A DNA stretch of 64,000 nucleotides from positions 2,785 to 66,784 of the forward strand of contig PLMN01000028.1 in the NCBI GenBank assembly GCA_003141555.1, in the 5' to 3' direction. Position 1 is the first letter of the stretch. Each line of letters begins with the position of its first letter. The notes beneath the pieces are model-generated. The model was not told where the DNA came from. It ran no database searches and worked only from the letters and a program-made list of their open reading frames with translations. The position numbers were made by a program, and so were the translations under genes. Below are positions 27,994 through 37,572 of this stretch, piece by piece. The DNA comes from Candidatus Aminicenantes bacterium. Its GTDB lineage: Bacteria > Acidobacteriota > Aminicenantia > Aminicenantales > UBA4085.

Positions 27994-29025
27994 CTATACC
28001 CCCCGCAAAGCCGCGTTCCGAGCCCGTTCGATGAGCCGCCGGATGTGAGCGGGCGGGGTATCCGGGGTCAGGGCGCAGCCGGCATTGACGACCAGCCGGG
28101 GAGAGTCCCGGAACACGTCGAGCAGCCCGTCCACCGCGTCCGCGACGCGCTCGGGCGGCCCGTTGCGGAGAACCCCCGCCGGGTCGATGTTGCCGAACAG
28201 GGTCAGTCGATCGCCGCAGGCGTCGCGGGCCGCCCGGGTCGGCGTGAGGCTGTCCAGCTCGAGGGCATCGGCCCCCGTGGAGGCCATGTCGGGCAGGATG
28301 AGGGAGGCGTCCCCGCAGATGTGGAGCAGGTACGGAAGGCCGAGCTCGTGGGACGCGGCCGCCAGCGCCCGCTCGTAGGGAAGGGCGAACGTCCGGTACA
28401 TGGCCTGAGAGATCATCGACGGCCCCGCCGGGCTGTCGCCGTTCGAAAGCATGTCGACTCCCGAGGCCGCTACGAGCCGCAGGAAGGCGAGGCAAGCGTC
28501 GGCGCAGTAATCGAGCAGCCGGAACGGCCCCTCGCCGCCTTCCACCAGGTCCATGAGCCAATCGGCCGGCGAGCGCATCATGCCCGCCAGAGAGAACGGC
28601 GCTTGATCACAGTTGCCGCGGACGAAAACCGCCGGCCCGAAATGGGCCTTGACCAGGCGGCAGGTCTCGACCCAGACGGCGATCCGCGGGTCGGCGGCGA
28701 GGTCGGGAGGGGGAAGATCGCGGACGGCCTCGAGGCGCAGGATCCGGGGACGGACGACGAGCGCCGGCTCGTCCTCCGGAAAATCGAGGCCGACGCCCAG
28801 CGCGCCGGCGAGAGTCGCCGTATCGAAGTCGATCAGGACGCCGTCGAGGCCGTAGCGCTCGGTCGCGTCAATGAAAGCCCGGGCCGCTTTCGCCGGGCTC
28901 TCCCGGAACTGCCGCATGGTCAATCCCGCTTCCCGGGCGGCCGACCGGAAATTGTGGAGGAGGACGGGCCGGCGGTCGGGCCAGCGGCCTTCGAGAGCGG
29001 CGCGGATGCGTTCGAATCCCGTCAT
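27994..29025 (-). CDS. Uroporphyrinogen decarboxylase (URO-D) family protein; possibly a methyltransferase-like member
   Basis: About 343 aa from MTGFERIRAALEGRWPDRRPV, with a URO-D/MtaA-like TIM-barrel layout. Assignment is by family resemblance only. Confidence 0.6.
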   Translation of the reverse strand: MTGFERIRAALEGRWPDRRPVLLHNFRSAAREAGLTMRQFRESPAKAARAFIDATERYGLDGVLIDFDTATLAGALGVGLDFPEDEPALVVRPRILRLEAVRDLPPPDLAADPRIAVWVETCRLVKAHFGPAVFVRGNCDQAPFSLAGMMRSPADWLMDLVEGGEGPFRLLDYCADACLAFLRLVAASGVDMLSNGDSPAGPSMISQAMYRTFALPYERALAAASHELGLPYLLHICGDASLILPDMASTGADALELDSLTPTRAARDACGDRLTLFGNIDPAGVLRNGPPERVADAVDGLLDVFRDSPRLVVNAGCALTPDTPPAHIRRLIERARNAALRGV

Positions 29026-29198
29026 GCGGCGGTGAGGATTTCGGGGCGCATCCAGGATCTCGGCGGCATGGAGTCCTCCTCTCATCCGGACGGCACGATG
29101 GGCGAGGCCGGCCGCTTCATTTATATCACAAAAACGCCGAGAGCGGACCCTCCGAAGGTCTTTGGCCGGGGATCATCGGCGCCCAGGCCGGCGAGACC

Positions 29199-30209
29199 GT
29201 GGACTTCATCGTCCCCGCCGTGCTGGGGATCGTGCTCATTGGGATCGGCGGCTCGATCGTCAAGCCCTGCATCGCCGGCACGGTCCAGAAGACCGCCGGC
29301 ACGCAGGCGACGCTCGGCTTCGGCATCTTCTACATGATCATCAACATCGGCTCGATCTCGGGCCGGGGCGTCTCCTACATCGTCCGGACCAACCTCGGCA
29401 TCCCGGCCATATTCACCTATGTTTCCACGGTTTTCGCCCTGATCGGGCTGATCGTCGTCCTGTTCATCTACCGCGAGCCCAAATTCGTGAGCGACGGCCT
29501 GAAGGACGGGCAACAGGTCCACAAGAAGACGCTCCCCGAAGCCGTCGTCGGAATCTTCCTCGTCCTGCGGAACCTCAAATTCGTCTTCTTCCTGATCGTG
29601 ATGAGCATGTTCTGGTTCCTGTACGTCCAGCTCTACAACCTAGTGCCCCTCTACCTGCGTTACCTCGACCCCAACGCGCCCGTCGAGCTCTACCAACTGG
29701 CCAATCCGATCATGATCGTCGGCTTCCAGATGCTGATCACGAGAATGGTCAAGCGCTGGACGCCGGTCAAGTCCATCATGCTCGGCGCGGCGGTCGTGAC
29801 TGCGGGCATGGCCCTCAACGTCCTGCCCTCGCTCCTCTCGGGCGATCCGACTCATCGCGTCTCGGTCCTGGGCCTAGCTCTCCCCTTCGCCGGCCTGTTC
29901 ATGATCGTCTCCATCGCTTCCCAGGCCACGGGCGAGATGATGGCCTCGCCCCGCGTCTACGAGTATCTGGGCGCGATTGCGCCCAAAGGCGAGGAGGGGC
30001 TGTTCACGGGCTACGCCAACCTGCCCCTGGCCTTGGCGACCATCGTCGGGGGGAAGATCGGGGGCAAGATGTTCGAGCACTACATCTCGGACCCGCAGAA
30101 GGCCGGGCTGCCGGTGAACACCGTGCCCATGTGGCTCATCATCGCCGGGATCGGGGTGCTGTCGATCATCGGTCTCGGGATATACGACCGCCTCGTCCGG
30201 AAAAAATGA
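29199..30209 (+). pseudogene. POT/PTR2-family (proton-dependent oligopeptide) MFS transporter, N-terminally truncated
   Basis: The POT motif FYMIINIGSISG and about 8 transmembrane segments are present, but roughly 100-130 N-terminal residues (TM1-3) are missing. Only ~110 nt separate it from the divergent URO-D-family gene. The called start is GTG. Confidence 0.45.
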
Positions 30210-30246
30210 GGGAGCCGGGGGATTTCGCCCCGCCGGCGTTGACTGG

Positions 30247-30687
30247 TCAGCTCGGCCGCATGAGGACGAGGTTCTTCAGGCCGTTCTTCTGAAACTCCTC
30301 GTAGTACTGGTCGACCAGCTTGCGCTCCTCGTCCTGGCGCTCGTCGGAACTCATGCCGTCGACCGCCTTCTCCCCGTAGCGGGAGACGAGGTCCCGGTCG
30401 GCGAGCCGGTATTCGAGCTCGTCCCAGAAGGCATCATTCTTATATTCGTCGAGGTCGGCGAGCCATTCGTCCTCGGTCGAGCTCTTGGGATACCAGGCGT
30501 TCTGCTCCTCGTCGTAATAGGTCGTCTTTTCCAGGCCGCAATCCCGGGCTTTGCTGTAGACATAATCCTCGAGGGCGTCCGACTCCTCGTCGATGTCCTC
30601 GGAGTGGAACCCGTTGACCACCCAGTTGCCGAGGTAGACCAGCCGCATCAGCTGGGCGTATTGATCTCTCGTGAACTTGATTTCCAT
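30247..30687 (-). CDS. Acidic hypothetical protein (146 aa)
   Basis: Strongly D/E/Y/W-rich ORF (MEIKFTRDQYAQLMRLVYLGNW...). No family recognised. Confidence 0.4.
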   Translation of the reverse strand: MEIKFTRDQYAQLMRLVYLGNWVVNGFHSEDIDEESDALEDYVYSKARDCGLEKTTYYDEEQNAWYPKSSTEDEWLADLDEYKNDAFWDELEYRLADRDLVSRYGEKAVDGMSSDERQDEERKLVDQYYEEFQKNGLKNLVLMRPS

Positions 30688-30780
30688 CGCATCCGCTCCT
30701 TAGGGGCCGGCGCCCGGCCCGGGAGCATACAATACGCCGTCCGGGCGCGGGACGCAAGGCAGCGGTAGCGATCGGGGGGG

Positions 30781-31167
30781 CTATTCCAGCCAGATCTTGA
30801 GCGAGCCGTCGCGGCCCGTGATCTCGACGAGGGACATCGGGCCGGCCTTTCTCAGATCCGCCAGCAAATCGGCGAGATCGAGGTCGCAGCGCCCATGCCC
30901 GGTGTCGATCCGGGTATGGCCCACGCCGCGGGCGATGATGTCCACGAGGACGAGGGGCAGGGTCATCCGGAGCTCTTCGCCGCCCGTCCGCGAGTCCACG
31001 ACAAGGACTTTCAGGAAGCGGGCCTCAGCTCCGGGCCGGTAATCGGGATTCTCCCGGACGGCCTTCTTGATGATCTGAAAATCGTCCCTTTTCTCCGCGC
31101 CGGCCGAGGGGACGGCCAACGCGACCGCGAGGACGGCGGCCAAGGCCGCAGTCATGATCTTTTTCAT
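30781..31167 (-). CDS. Small secreted protein carrying an unknown C-terminal domain ('IWLE' domain)
   Basis: 128 aa from MKKIMTAALAAVLAVALAVPSAGA (signal peptide). The C-terminal ~70 aa are homologous to the C-terminus of 31199..32059. The listed 253-aa ORF is an artifact extension. Confidence 0.5.
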   Translation of the reverse strand: MKKIMTAALAAVLAVALAVPSAGAEKRDDFQIIKKAVRENPDYRPGAEARFLKVLVVDSRTGGEELRMTLPLVLVDIIARGVGHTRIDTGHGRCDLDLADLLADLRKAGPMSLVEITGRDGSLKIWLE

Positions 31168-31198
31168 GGGGTCTCCTTCGCTCAGCCGGCGGCCCGGA

Positions 31199-32059
31199 TC
31201 ACTCGATCCAGATCCGGAGGGTCGTTCCGGTCTTGAGGTCATTGACTTCGAACACCGTGCCCCGGGCGCTTTGAAGGTCCCGGAGGATCCGGTTGACATC
31301 GTAGCCCTTCTCCCGAATGACGGCTTTCTGCTCCTCGGGGATGGCCGTGAGGGCCAGGTCGGCGAGGGCCCAGGGGATATTGAGCTCGAATTCCACTTTC
31401 TTGGAGGTCGAGTCGAGGACCATGATCCGGAGCATCCGGACCCTTTTCTCCGCCGGCCGATCCTCGAGCCCGGCCAGGGCCTCGGGCGACACGCGAAGGA
31501 GGGCGATTCGCGCCCGGTCCCGGAGCTCGCCGCTCGACTCATCTTCGATGATCCGCTTGAGGACGGGCACGCTCTGGTCGGCGATCCGCTTCTCCTTGAC
31601 GTAGCTCAGCTGGATGGCCGCGTAGTAGCGGACCGCCTTTTCGGGATGGGCAATCCGGCTCTCGACCTCCCGGAGGAACCCCTTGTCGCCCCGGTCGTAG
31701 AGCTTCATGGCCAGGTCGATGACCGAGACTTCGGCGTCTTCGCCCAGGTTCCGGTTCCGGTCCTTGAGCTTCAGATAATCCTTGAACGAGGCCAGGGCCT
31801 CCCGCTCGCGGCCTTCCTGCTCGCCCAGGCACTTCGATCTGTAGTAAACCGCCTGCGGGGCGAGAGGGCTCTGCGGGTAGCGGGCCAGGAAGTCCTCGAG
31901 GCGCGCCTGGGCCTCCGCCCACTTCTCGTCGAACACGAGTTGTTTCGCCTCCTGGAACCGCTTGTCGCCGTCGCCCGTCTGGGCCGGGACGAACGCGGCC
32001 GCGGCCAGGACCAGGCCCACCGCCAGAATGACGCGGAGCGTTTTCATGTCAGACCTCAT
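31199..32059 (-). CDS. Secreted TPR-like protein with the same unknown C-terminal domain
   Basis: Signal peptide MKTLRVILAVGLVLAAAAFVPAQ, a helical repeat region, and C-terminal ...TVFEVNDLKTGTTLRIWIE paralogous to ...SLVEITGRDGSLKIWLE of the neighbouring gene. Confidence 0.55.
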   Translation of the reverse strand: MRSDMKTLRVILAVGLVLAAAAFVPAQTGDGDKRFQEAKQLVFDEKWAEAQARLEDFLARYPQSPLAPQAVYYRSKCLGEQEGREREALASFKDYLKLKDRNRNLGEDAEVSVIDLAMKLYDRGDKGFLREVESRIAHPEKAVRYYAAIQLSYVKEKRIADQSVPVLKRIIEDESSGELRDRARIALLRVSPEALAGLEDRPAEKRVRMLRIMVLDSTSKKVEFELNIPWALADLALTAIPEEQKAVIREKGYDVNRILRDLQSARGTVFEVNDLKTGTTLRIWIE

Positions 32060-32846
32060 TGTCCTGAAGCTCCTTTTTCAGAAGCTCGATCTTCAGGAGA
32101 AGCTGTTTTTGTTCAATGTAGTCCTTGATCCGGGCGGCCTCGGCCTCGGAGAGCTCGCCGCTCACGGCCGACAGCTCGAGGAACAGGACTTCGATCTGGT
32201 TGCAGATTTCCCGGGCCTTGGACATGCGTACGGAATCGAGCTGGCCGTTGATGAGCCGCTTTCTCGACAGCATGTCCCGCACCGGCCCGGCGTCCGGCCC
32301 CTGCTCGAGCAGCCGGGCCCGGCCCGGCGCGGCCTGGACAAAGTCCAGGAGGAGATACTGGCTCTTGTCGAGATAGTCGAGGGTATCGCGCCGGGCCATC
32401 TGGTATTCCACCCGGTCGATGAAGTCCCGGCTCGCCACGACCTTTGTCCCCGCGACCTGGACGCTCGGCCGGCGGCTCAGGACGAGGAATGCCCCCCCCG
32501 CTCCGAGAATGATCCCGGCCAGAAGGCCGGCCATCGCCGGGCGGAACCGAGGGACAAAGAGCGTCCGGCCGGCCGAAGGACGCCGGGCCGGAAGCGGGCG
32601 GGGGCCGCAAAAGGCGGCGTCCGCGATCCGCTCCGCGTGCGCGTTCCAATCGATGTCCGCCATCGCGGCGGAGAGGTCCTCGCGGACCCGGCCGGCGCCT
32701 TCGGCGATCCGCCGGATCTCGTCCCGGCTCCGCCGGCATTCCGGACAGCGCCCCAGATGGCGTTCCAAGGCTCCGTCGTCCCCGCCGTCCGCCTCGCCCG
32801 GGGCGAGCGCGGCCAGCCGCTTTTGGATCTTTCGGCAATCGTTCAT
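32049..32846 (-). CDS. Zinc-binding anti-sigma factor (ZAS-type, single TM)
   Basis: Start MNDCRKIQKRL at 32846 forms an ATGA overlap with the sigma-factor stop. HLGRCPECRR zinc motif. One transmembrane helix (LLAGIILGAGGAFLVL). Confidence 0.7.
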   Translation of the reverse strand: MNDCRKIQKRLAALAPGEADGGDDGALERHLGRCPECRRSRDEIRRIAEGAGRVREDLSAAMADIDWNAHAERIADAAFCGPRPLPARRPSAGRTLFVPRFRPAMAGLLAGIILGAGGAFLVLSRRPSVQVAGTKVVASRDFIDRVEYQMARRDTLDYLDKSQYLLLDFVQAAPGRARLLEQGPDAGPVRDMLSRKRLINGQLDSVRMSKAREICNQIEVLFLELSAVSGELSEAEAARIKDYIEQKQLLLKIELLKKELQDNEV

Positions 32847-33430
32847 GTTTCCCATCCCAGATAGGGCGCCATCAGGGCCCTGAGGTTGCGAATGGCCTTG
32901 AAATGAAGGGATTTCACGGTCCCAAGGGAGATGCCCAGGGCGGCGGCGATGTCCTCGTTCGTCAGCTGGTCGTAATGCCGCATGATGAAGATCGTCCGCT
33001 GGCGCTCGGCGAGCCGGTCGACGCACCGGGTGAGGACGTCCTTCAGATCGCGCGACCGCTCCCCGCCGCCCGGGCTCGTGTCCGGGAGGTCGAGTTCTTC
33101 GACGGTCGCCCCGCTGTCGTGCTCGCGCTGCTTCAAGGTCCGGCGGCCGTAGTGGTCGATGCAGAGGTTTCGGGCGATCTGAAGGAGCCAGGCTTCGAAG
33201 GGATGCCCGGGCCGGTAGGTCCCGACCTTCTGGTAAAGCCTGAGGAAGGTCTCCTGGACGAGGTCCAGCGCGTCCTCCTTGTCCCGGACGAAGCCGTAGG
33301 CTACGGCGAAGACCTTCTTCTGGAAAAGGCGGGTGAGCGCCACGAAGGCTTCCCGGTCTCCGGCCTGGACCCTGCGGACAAGGTCAGGGACGCCGGCGGC
33401 CTCGGCGGCGGAGGCTGTCAACCTGTCCAT
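32843..33430 (-). CDS. ECF (sigma-70 family) RNA polymerase sigma factor
   Basis: Region-2 (FVALTRLFQKKVFAVAYGFVRDKEDALDLVQETFLRLY) and region-4 HTH (DIAAALGISLGTVKSLHFKAIRNL). Confidence 0.85.
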   Translation of the reverse strand: MDRLTASAAEAAGVPDLVRRVQAGDREAFVALTRLFQKKVFAVAYGFVRDKEDALDLVQETFLRLYQKVGTYRPGHPFEAWLLQIARNLCIDHYGRRTLKQREHDSGATVEELDLPDTSPGGGERSRDLKDVLTRCVDRLAERQRTIFIMRHYDQLTNEDIAAALGISLGTVKSLHFKAIRNLRALMAPYLGWET

Positions 33431-33577
33431 GCCGTCCCATGATAATCCAAATGAGATTTCCATTCATCAGCGGATACGGGCGGGCGGGGGAAAAGGTTTA
33501 CGGGGGAGGGACGTTGAAAATCCCCCTTCCCGAGAATCCTCTCGTCCGGGGGGTTATATTTTAGGGACGGGAACCGA

Positions 33578-33868
33578 TTAAAATTTACGGAAGTCTCTTC
33601 TCTCCCCTCCCTCTTTCCGTTCGCGGGGGCGATCGGTTCGGGGACGAGCTTCATTGACGATGATCTTGCGGCCTTCAAGGTCGGTGCCGTTCATCCGGTT
33701 TCGGGCCTCTTCCGAAGCTTCCGGCGTCGCCATTTCCACGAAGCCGAAGCCCCGCCCTTGAAGGATGTTGACGGAGGTAACCTCGCCGAACGGGGAAAAC
33801 GCTTCCTTGAGCTTTTCTTCGGTAGTCTTGTAGTTGAGGTTACCGACATACAATTTTTTAGAGAACAT
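33578..33868 (-). CDS. RRM-domain RNA-binding protein
   Basis: MFSKKLYVGNLNYKTTEEKLKEAF..RGFGFVEM: RNP2 (LYVGNL) and RNP1 (RGFGFVEM) motifs plus an RG-rich tail. Confidence 0.8.
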   Translation of the reverse strand: MFSKKLYVGNLNYKTTEEKLKEAFSPFGEVTSVNILQGRGFGFVEMATPEASEEARNRMNGTDLEGRKIIVNEARPRTDRPRERKEGGERRDFRKF

Positions 33869-34001
33869 TAAAAAAACCTCCTGACCCTCACCTCGCCGTC
33901 GGGTTCCGATTCGCACCGTCGGCCCGCCCGGCCGTCAAAGGGGTCGCTCCATCTTTCCATATTCAAATTTGAAAATCAAGGGTGGAGAAAAGGCGCGGCA
34001 G

Positions 34002-34298
34002 CTATCTTCGGATGATGACTTTTTCGTCCGGTTTCATCAGCCACAGCTGCCGGCGGGCTTCCTTGTCCACGGCCTGCGGGTTCGTCTCGAGGGCCGCGAC
34101 TTCCTTCTCGAGCCGGGCCTTCTCCTGCTTCTTGGCTTCGACGTCCTTGAGCAGGATATCGTACGTCTTTCGGGCCCGGGACATCTCGATCAGGCCTTTC
34201 TTGCCGAAGAAGGACGCGATGAGCAGGATGAAGAGGACGAAAGCCAAGGCCCCGACGGCCGCCTTCATTTTCCAGGCGCCCGGCTTGGCCTCCTTCAC
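34002..34298 (-). CDS. Septum formation initiator (FtsB/DivIC-like)
   Basis: 98 aa. N-terminal TM followed by a coiled coil (KKQEKARLEKEVAALE). Size and architecture are typical of FtsB. Confidence 0.5.
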   Translation of the reverse strand: MKEAKPGAWKMKAAVGALAFVLFILLIASFFGKKGLIEMSRARKTYDILLKDVEAKKQEKARLEKEVAALETNPQAVDKEARRQLWLMKPDEKVIIRR

Positions 34299-35713
34299 CC
34301 GAGCTTCTCCTCAGCGGCCGCCACCAGGCTCTCGAGGTCGGCCCGCGAGCCGGCTTCCGCGTAGCAGCGGATGAGCGGCTCGGTCCCGGAGACGCGGAGG
34401 AGGAGCCAGTCATCGTCGGCCAGCTCGATTTTCCAGCCTTCGATCGCCTCCGCCTTGAGCACCGCCCGGCCCGCCAGGCGGGAGGGCGGATTCTCGACGA
34501 GCTTCCGCAGCTTCCTCTGCCGTTCGGAAGTGAGGGGGATATTTTTCTGGACGCCGAACCGCTCCCCATATTCCTTGAAGAGATCGTCGATCAGCCCGGC
34601 CAGGCTCTTGCCCGAGGCGGCTACCATCTCGGCCACGAGCAGCCCGGCCAGGATCCCGTCCTTCTCCGGGAGGTGGTCCCGGACGGCGATCGAGGCGCTC
34701 TCCTCGCCGCCGAAGATGATCAGGCCGTGAAGGAACAGCTCGGCGATGTATTTGAAGCCGACCTGTGTCCGGTGGAGGGGGAGATCGTACCGGCGGGCGA
34801 TGCGGTCGACGAGATGGGTGGTCGCAACCGATCGCGCCACGCCGCCGCGCCAGCCTTTGACCCCGACGAGGTAATTGAGGACCAGGGAGAGGATCAGGTT
34901 CGGGGAGATGAACCGGCCCCGGTGGTCCACGATTCCGAACCGATCGCCATCGGCGTCGGTCGCAACCCCGAGATCGCATCCCATGTCCGGGACGAGCTTG
35001 ATCAGCTCCGCGAGGTTCTCCTCTGTGCAGGACGGGGCGATGCCGCCGAAGTAAGGGTCGAGATAGCCGTGGATCTCCTCCATGGGGATCTTGTTGTTTT
35101 CGAGGATCTCGTCCAGGTATTCCCGGCTCGTGCCGTAGAGCAAGTCTACGCCGACCTTCAGGCCCGACTTCCGGATGACGTCGAAATCGATCTTGCCCTG
35201 GAGAAAGGCGAGATAATCATCCTTCAGATCGATCCGCCGGATGAAATCCGTCCTGGGGTAGCGCGGCGTGAAATCATAGCCCTTGCTGAGCGCCCGGAAT
35301 TCCGCCTCGATCTCGTCCGTTTCCGCGGGCAGCGCCGGCGCCCCGGTCTCCGTGTTGTATTTCAGGCCGTTGTATTCGGGAGGATTGAAGGACGCCGTGA
35401 AATTGAGGCCGCCCTGGGCCTTTCGCTTGATGATCTGGAGGGCCTGGGCCTGGGAAGGGGCGTCCCGCTCGGCGAGGAACACGCCGATATCGTTGTGGGA
35501 CAGGATCTTGGCCGCTTCCGCGGCATAGCGCTCCGACAGGAACCGGGTGTCGTAATTGACCACGACCGATATGCCGCAGCCCGGAAATTTCCTCTTGAGA
35601 ACATTGGCGATGGCCTGGGTCACGATCCGGACGTTCTGGAAGGTGAATTCCTCCCCCATGACCGCGCGCCAGCCCGATGTTCCGAAATGAACCACTTTCC
35701 AAAAAGTTATCAC
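34295..35713 (-). CDS. Phosphoglucomutase/phosphomannomutase (alpha-D-phosphohexomutase family)
   Basis: 472 aa. Active-site phosphoserine loop TASFNPPEYNG and metal-binding DADGDR. Confidence 0.85.
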   Translation of the reverse strand: MITFWKVVHFGTSGWRAVMGEEFTFQNVRIVTQAIANVLKRKFPGCGISVVVNYDTRFLSERYAAEAAKILSHNDIGVFLAERDAPSQAQALQIIKRKAQGGLNFTASFNPPEYNGLKYNTETGAPALPAETDEIEAEFRALSKGYDFTPRYPRTDFIRRIDLKDDYLAFLQGKIDFDVIRKSGLKVGVDLLYGTSREYLDEILENNKIPMEEIHGYLDPYFGGIAPSCTEENLAELIKLVPDMGCDLGVATDADGDRFGIVDHRGRFISPNLILSLVLNYLVGVKGWRGGVARSVATTHLVDRIARRYDLPLHRTQVGFKYIAELFLHGLIIFGGEESASIAVRDHLPEKDGILAGLLVAEMVAASGKSLAGLIDDLFKEYGERFGVQKNIPLTSERQRKLRKLVENPPSRLAGRAVLKAEAIEGWKIELADDDWLLLRVSGTEPLIRCYAEAGSRADLESLVAAAEEKLG

Positions 35714-35968
35714 AAGCCCGGCCGAAAAGCAATCCGCCCAGGGATCGGGGTAAGGCCGACGGCGGGCCGGGGGGTGAGAAAGAAATCACCCCCGAATTCA
35801 CCTTCCCTGAGGATTGCCCCCACGGCCGGTCCGCGGAAAATGAGTCCCGAATGCGGCAGGTTGCCGGAGGAATCAAGATATGCCAAAAATTGTCAAAATT
35901 GAGTTTGACAATAGGCGAAATTTTTGTTATTCCCAGTAGGGGGAATTATAATTATTACAAAAGCCCGT

Positions 35969-36454
35969 ATGGAAAAAAGCGCGATTTACCCGGGTTCCTT
36001 CGACCCCATCACGAATGGGCACGAAGATATCATCCGACGCGGCGCCAATTTGTTCCCCCGGATCGTCGTCGCCGTGCTCGAAAACCCGCGCAAGGAAACT
36101 CTTTTCTCCACCGCCGAACGCATTGATATCATCCGCGAGATTTTCAAGGATATTCCAGCCATCGAGGTCAAGGCCTTTCACGGTTTACTGGTGGATTTCG
36201 CCCGGGACAACGGCATTCGGATCCTCATCCGGGGGTTGCGCGCCGTTTCGGACTTCGAGTATGAATTCCAGATGGCCCTGATGAACCTGAACCTCAACGC
36301 CGAAATCGAAACGCTGTTCATGATGCCCAGCGCGAAATACGCCTTCCTCAGCTCGAGCCTGGTCAAAGAGGTCTACCGCCTCGGCGGATCGGTCGAAGGC
36401 CTGGTGGCGCCCTACGTCGAGAGCCGTCTCCGTGAGAAATTCCGGAGGGGATGA
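35969..36454 (+). CDS. coaD: Phosphopantetheine adenylyltransferase
   Basis: MEKSAIYPGSFDPITNGHEDII contains the nucleotidyltransferase H/TxGH motif. 161 aa. Confidence 0.9.
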   Translation: MEKSAIYPGSFDPITNGHEDIIRRGANLFPRIVVAVLENPRKETLFSTAERIDIIREIFKDIPAIEVKAFHGLLVDFARDNGIRILIRGLRAVSDFEYEFQMALMNLNLNAEIETLFMMPSAKYAFLSSSLVKEVYRLGGSVEGLVAPYVESRLREKFRRG

Positions 36455-36488
36455 GAGTCATATCCATGAAGCGAAGGACGGTCGGGCG

Positions 36489-37568
36489 ATGTTCGGACTG
36501 AAGAGCAACAAAGCCGTCGTCGGGCTGGATATCGGCTCGACCGCCATCAAGGCCGTCGAGCTGCGGGCCGGGACCAAAGGCAAGCGGGCCGTGTACGACG
36601 TGGCGAAGATCGGCTACGAGGCGCTTCCCCGCGACGCGATCGTCGAGGGGGCGATCGTCGAACCCGCGGCCGTGGTCGAGACGATCAAGACGCTCTTCGA
36701 GAAAAGCAAGATCGGCAACAGGGACGTCGTCATCTCGGTCTCCGGCAACTCGGTCATCATCAAGAAGATCTCCCTACCCGCCATGGAGACCGAAGAGCTG
36801 GCCGAATCGATCATCTGGGAGGCCAAGCACAACATCCCCTATCCCTACGAGGAGACGCACGTCGACTATGCCATCCTCAAGCCCCCGCCGGGAGCCCAGG
36901 AGCGCAACCTCGAGATCCTGCTTGTCGCCGTGAAGAAGGACAAGATCGACGCCCTCCGGAGCGTCATCCACCAGGCGCGCAAAAACCTGGAAGCCGTCGA
37001 GGTCGACGCCTTCGCTTTGTCGAATGCCCTCGAGATCAACTACCCCGAGGACTTCGAAGAGAAGACGACGGCCCTGGTCAACATCGGGGCGAACGTCACC
37101 ACGCTGGTCATCACCGAAAAGGGCTCGCCCCAGCTCTTCCGCGACCTGGCCATCGGAGGCGCCTTTTTCCTGGACAACATCCGCAAGGACCTGAATCTCG
37201 GCCCGGACGCGGCCGAAAGCCTGCTCCGGGGCGACCGCCCATCCGGGATTCCCGCAGGGGAAATCGAAGCCGTCCTCAGCCTGAACATCAAGGGTCTGCT
37301 CGGAGAGATCGAGAAGACTTTTACCTTCTACCAGGCCGAGAACAAGCGGGAGAAGAAGATCGAGCAGATCTATATCTGTGGGGGGCTGGCCGGCCTGCCC
37401 GAGCTGGCGTCCGCCTTTGAGGCGAAATTCGAGACGAAGACGGTCATATTCGACCCGTTCCGCCGGGTCCAATATAATGAGAAGAAGCTGAGCCCGGTGT
37501 ATTACCAGGAGATGGCCTCGTTCTTTGGAGTCGCCGTAGGGCTGGCGACGCGCCAGAAAGAGAAATGA
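36489..37568 (+). CDS. pilM: Type IV pilus assembly ATPase-like protein PilM
   Basis: Actin-like fold start VGLDIGSTAIKAVEL. Followed by pilNOPQ. Confidence 0.85.
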   Translation: MFGLKSNKAVVGLDIGSTAIKAVELRAGTKGKRAVYDVAKIGYEALPRDAIVEGAIVEPAAVVETIKTLFEKSKIGNRDVVISVSGNSVIIKKISLPAMETEELAESIIWEAKHNIPYPYEETHVDYAILKPPPGAQERNLEILLVAVKKDKIDALRSVIHQARKNLEAVEVDAFALSNALEINYPEDFEEKTTALVNIGANVTTLVITEKGSPQLFRDLAIGGAFFLDNIRKDLNLGPDAAESLLRGDRPSGIPAGEIEAVLSLNIKGLLGEIEKTFTFYQAENKREKKIEQIYICGGLAGLPELASAFEAKFETKTVIFDPFRRVQYNEKKLSPVYYQEMASFFGVAVGLATRQKEK

Positions 37569-37572
37569 TCCC

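Noticed and set aside
27928-29337. 469-aa plus-strand ORF, and many other long antisense ORFs (for example 288..1328, 6416..6955, 7359..8441, 10376..11830, 17654..18421, 31154..32128, 40394..41395)
   Set aside because: They lie antisense to, or out of frame within, well-supported genes. They have extreme R/P/G composition and no recognisable domains. These are high-GC open-frame artifacts.
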